From: Cirrosporium novae-zelandiae
Lineage: Eukaryota
Direction: 5' to 3'
Assembly (NCBI GenBank): GCA_026023565.1
Contig: JAPETS010000004.1
Coordinates: forward strand, 124,001-188,000
Length of the DNA stretch: 64,000 bases
Part shown: one piece after another, positions 60,017-64,000 of the stretch
Layout of the letters: every line of letters starts with the position of its first letter
Position numbering within the stretch: the stretch's first letter is position 1
Made by a program: the position numbers and the translations under genes
Notes under the pieces: model-generated
What the model was told of the DNA's origin: nothing
Databases searched by the model: none
The model's input: only the letters and a program-made list of their open reading frames with translations

Positions 60017-62572
60017 TTACGTGATAGGATTCCAGAAGTAAATTTTTTTAACCTTTATAATTAATATTTAGACTTCTCCTATGTATCTGCTCAACAACCT
60101 AGGTAATCTGTATTCTATAGGATATCATTCTTTCAATACTTACCACCTACTTCCAACTAATTTCCCTCTGACTGTCATTCATTTCCCACAAGCTCGGTAA
60201 GCCACACTTCAGCCCATCGAGGTTGGAGACTTTCTCAATTCGTTGTTCTTTTTGCAAATTATATCACAATGTCAACTTTAGCTCAAGTTTAATTTTATAC
60301 CTCCAAACAACCACACCAAGATAGCTTACCTTACAAGTAAGGTAGCTGTGCATATGGCTAATCAAGCTACCCCGTCTGGAGCTTCCAACTAAGGATAACA
60401 ACTGACCTGCCTAATATTCATCTTATTCTCGGTCCTATTTTCTAAATGATCATAATGACCTTACCATCATCACTTTACTATCAAGCATCTAGCTCGCGAC
60501 CTTACGTCACATGAACCTGACCATCTGGCGCTGTTTCTTGGCCTTTACTTAGCAGTTATGCGTTAGTCGATGGAGAAGCAAATCTTATTTCCTTAACTTT
60601 TTATTTGGTTTCTTAAATCTGTGTGGTTTCAGCCAACGTCATATCAAACCTTGCAAAGCCCGTATATCTTCGGCCGACAGGATGTATGCCGCTCGCTATC
60701 AGACATCCAATGTCTTACCCTACTCTCTATGTTGAAATATGGAAGGGACTATTGTTCCAATACCGACTCTGTTTCAAGTCGGAATAGAATTTAAAGATAA
60801 CGCTTAATAATGTCTATTCCCAGGTTATAAATCCGGTAGCGGAGAAGCTGATACTCTCGCTGGAAGGCCAGCATTGGTTACTCTGAAACTTTTCATATTT
60901 ATTATCGGCAATACTTATGGCACACCTAGTCATTCTTGACGGGCCCATAAACCAACAAGCAACGCGATAGTCCCACATGTAGCACTTTCCAAATCACTAA
61001 TGTTTCTTACGAGTCCTAATTGTGCTTGTAAGATCAAGGCCATTACACTAGCTAGTAATCGTTAACAGACTATGTCCTTTTGCCTGCACGCTGCCCAAGA
61101 GGCCCAATCCGTTCCCATAACAAGTTCTACGGAGCTGGTTCTAAAATACGGACGACGCTAGATATTTATGTAGATTTTAACTAAATAATATCATATAGCG
61201 CTTGAGACTTTTGACTGTGTGAATGAGAGGGCCTATAAAATACTCCCCCAAAATGTAGTTTCTAATAGCAAACATGAAATCACCGTCGAGTAATTCAATT
61301 GTTTAGAAGTGTTGTGGAGTTTGGAAACTTTATAAATTTCGGGCTAAGTTATACATATACCGTCTATCTTAGGCCTCTTTACTAGACTAAGACGTATTCA
61401 TTAGCATAGGTAACCATCATTCATAGTCTTAATTTTATCCGACATGGCATCTTCAACTTTTAAGAACTCGAGGAAGCCGACGGGGGCTACATGAAATATG
61501 ATATCTATGGTGATCCAGAATCCGTGGTTCTCGGGAACAATGACGAGACTAGTCACAATATCTTCATGTGGGATTTATTCTATCCATTTAGTAATTCTAG
61601 GTAACTATAGAATTATGAACTCCTTACACAAGTTGATGTATTGAATGTTTGTTGGAAACGCTACAAGTGAGATTCTAGAGAGCGGATACCTCAGCCATAG
61701 CTATCCGTGATCAGCTACAATTGACTATTGACTCGCAAGGACAATAGATTCCAAAAAAGCCGTACTCAAGTTGAGCAATACTACTATTAGCGATGGCGAT
61801 AGCAACAGTGGGTAAAACTTAGAAAGTTTGGATACTAATGCTACTAACAAGCCGGATTACCCCTTTTGATAATGTCTGTAATGACAGCATCCAGGTTTTC
61901 GGATGGGGTCAAGGTTGGCACATATTGTATTCTTTCTCTAAAGCAAATACTCACATACACTGTTGTTCACTCTAAAAGTGTCGCAGGGTTTCCAAGACAT
62001 GGAGCACCATGGATGATGCAACTTAGCTATAATTGCAGAGCAAGTTTTTCGTAACCATCGACAGCCATGCACCGTCGGCAATCCCGTCAATCCCGTCCAG
62101 ATAGGTATTGCCACTATCGACGAAAACTAGGAGATATATAACATGTCGAGGACTCCCATCAAAATAATAGCCGGGAGTTGAATTTCCCATATGCTCTGTC
62201 AATAACTGTCGCCCTTGCCTCCAAAGCAGGGCTAGAAAGGACTATTCATAGTTCCTATGTGAAGGGTATTTTGGAAAGGGGAAGAAGGGAAAAGAATAAA
62301 GAAGGGTAAGTGGTATATATCCTCTGGGAGTTTCCCTGGTATGCAAATGTGTCAGATAGAGTAGTAAATATCTTGTCAAAGCAATATATCTGTATGACTG
62401 GCAATCAGCTTTTTGCAAATGCTAGTACAGGTGAAAATCCCTTGTTATCTCCATAGTGTCCAGAGAAATTCAACGAGTTGCAATGGACACTATATCATAC
62501 ACGGATATGACTTCTTCAACTTCAATAGTATAGGTACATGGGTCTTCCAGGTCCCTAGTTTCTAGTCATTTT

Positions 62573-63259
62573 TTACCTTTCCTTTCTCTCAGCAACCTTC
62601 CTCTTTGCTCGGACTTCGGCTTTTCTCCTCTCACCACCATCGATTTTTCTTTCTCTCCTTACTTCCCACAAGCCTTCTCTGACCCGTATTCTCCCAACTC
62701 TTCCATCTGTTCCTTTAACAAGCTCTAGGCCTTTACCTGACAGGTTGTGCGAGCCCTGGATGTGAATATCTTTGACATGGCGGGGTTCCTGGCCTTTTGG
62801 CAAAGGCCAAGGACCGTTGTATGGCATTTTTCTGGTTCCGGGACTTAGTGTCGCAGTCGCAATGATTCTTTTCCCCGATGCTATTCCCTTAGTGGGGACT
62901 TCCACAACTCTAACCTCCCCTACTCCATTCTCAACAACTTGCAAGTCTCCACCAATACCGTATTCACCATTCCTGAATTTTTCTCTCCATCCGAGAAGAT
63001 ATCTCCGGGTCCGAGCAGGCTCGATCCCCAGATCTCGAAGTTGGGGAGAAGTGAGGGTAAAGAGGGCGGACCAGGAGGGGATTTTGGAAGAGTGTTGGGA
63101 GAGTGAGCGGCCGATTAGAGTGAGAAAGGACGCGACGTCGGGGACGAATGGTGTAGGTTTAGGAGGAGGTGGTGGGGTGATATGTTTATGGAGGAAGCGG
63201 CAGGTGGGTTTTGTGAGTAGACGGGGGAATTGGGGGTTTAGTCGCGGAAGTGGTGGCAT
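62573..63259 (-). CDS. FYV4: Mitochondrial ribosomal protein mS41 / Fyv4 (IGR-motif protein)
   Basis: Presequence-like N-terminus; PFVPDVASFLTLIGR, WSALFTLTSPQLRDLGIEPARTRRYLL.WREKFR, KIDGGERRKAEV. Confidence 0.88.
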   Translation of the reverse strand: MPPLPRLNPQFPRLLTKPTCRFLHKHITPPPPPKPTPFVPDVASFLTLIGRSLSQHSSKIPSWSALFTLTSPQLRDLGIEPARTRRYLLGWREKFRNGEYGIGGDLQVVENGVGEVRVVEVPTKGIASGKRIIATATLSPGTRKMPYNGPWPLPKGQEPRHVKDIHIQGSHNLSGKGLELVKGTDGRVGRIRVREGLWEVRRERKIDGGERRKAEVRAKRKVAERKER

Positions 63260-63612
63260 GGTCGTGGTGAGTGGAGGGATGTCTTAGACAAGATGTTGCT
63301 GATATAACATTGGGACAGAAGAATCGCTTCTGTTCCTTCGACAGGTAGAAGGTGAAGCGTGAAGCTTGGAGTTTAAGAAAGCTGAAAATAAAAATGTCGC
63401 TTCCGGTTGTTGGTGTGTCCCCGATTGGATAGACCACTGCTAATTTAATTAATTACCTAGGTATGTATGTTTGCACCATCTGCACTTCAAAGCCCCCAAG
63501 GTACCCCCATCTATTCATCTCGATTTTCAAATTGGAGTGCATGGAGATCATTCAACTCACTAAGTCGTTCTTTTGTTCTTTTTGTATCTTATAGATGTGA
63601 TTTACTTACATC

Positions 63613-64000
63613 ATGGATGGAGACCCAGCTGTCGAGCCAGAGCTAGACTCGTTCAGTGTAGTCCTACCGCTTCCTTATCGAGTCGCTCTTATTTTGGTGC
63701 TGGGTAGGTCATATATATATTTTGCTAATGAACTCCCGCTAATGAGAGATAGGCATCTGGGCTTGGGGTGCTAATCTTCATTACCTCCACGCCGTTCGGA
63801 TTGTATGTTGAATTTTCTGCCCTTCCACCTAAAAAGCCCTAACAATAAATCAGGATGTCCCTTTCTTGATACGCTATCCATCTCGACCATCTTCAAGCCA
63901 TCTTTCGCACCATCAATCTGTCTATCGCCTCGCATCTCTCTTAAGCATATTGCTAGGCCTTTCGATTCTCATATTTTGGGCCTTAACCCACGGCTCTCCG
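63613..64000 (+). CDS. ERD1: EXS-family protein ERD1 (ER protein retention), 5' part; introns 63704-63752 and 63803-63853
   Basis: Spliced MDGDPAVEPELDSFSVVLPLPYRVALILVLGIWAWGANLHYLHAVRIDVPFLIRYP. Confidence 0.8.

Noticed and set aside
1..64000. CRISPR arrays, rRNA, intact transposase/RT genes, PKS/NRPS backbone genes
   Set aside because: None seen; the repeats present are coding minisatellites or microsatellites in a eukaryotic genome

Overview
Gene-dense window from an intron-containing filamentous ascomycete (Pezizomycotina-like; short GT-AG introns with CTAAC/CTGAC branch sites). 1-21.6 kb is conserved housekeeping: ZW10/Dsl1, Kin28/CDK7, CYP51B, clathrin heavy chain, INSIG, Rrp9, proteasome beta4 and Sad1/USP39. 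About 23-55 kb looks more accessory: a giant repeat-rich GPI-type wall protein, a 2OG-Fe(II)-like enzyme, small orphan genes, a decayed Ca2+ P-type ATPase fragment, a Psh1-like RING ligase, an SRPK-like kinase with two GC splice donors and a stand-alone mini-RNase III. It also holds the most interesting feature, a compact putative catabolic cluster at 40.4-52.8 kb: divergent 5-oxoprolinase/hydantoinase paralogue, Zn2Cys6 transcription factor, alpha/beta-hydrolase, ACS-type MFS transporter, and an omega/xi GST with an in-frame stop. A cerato-platanin followed by a 149-bp solo LTR with perfect 5-bp TSD, a repeat coiled-coil protein, tRNA-Arg(UCG), FYV4/mS41 and the 5' part of ERD1 follow. All gene models were spliced by eye, and family calls rest on motif recognition from memory, not database searches.
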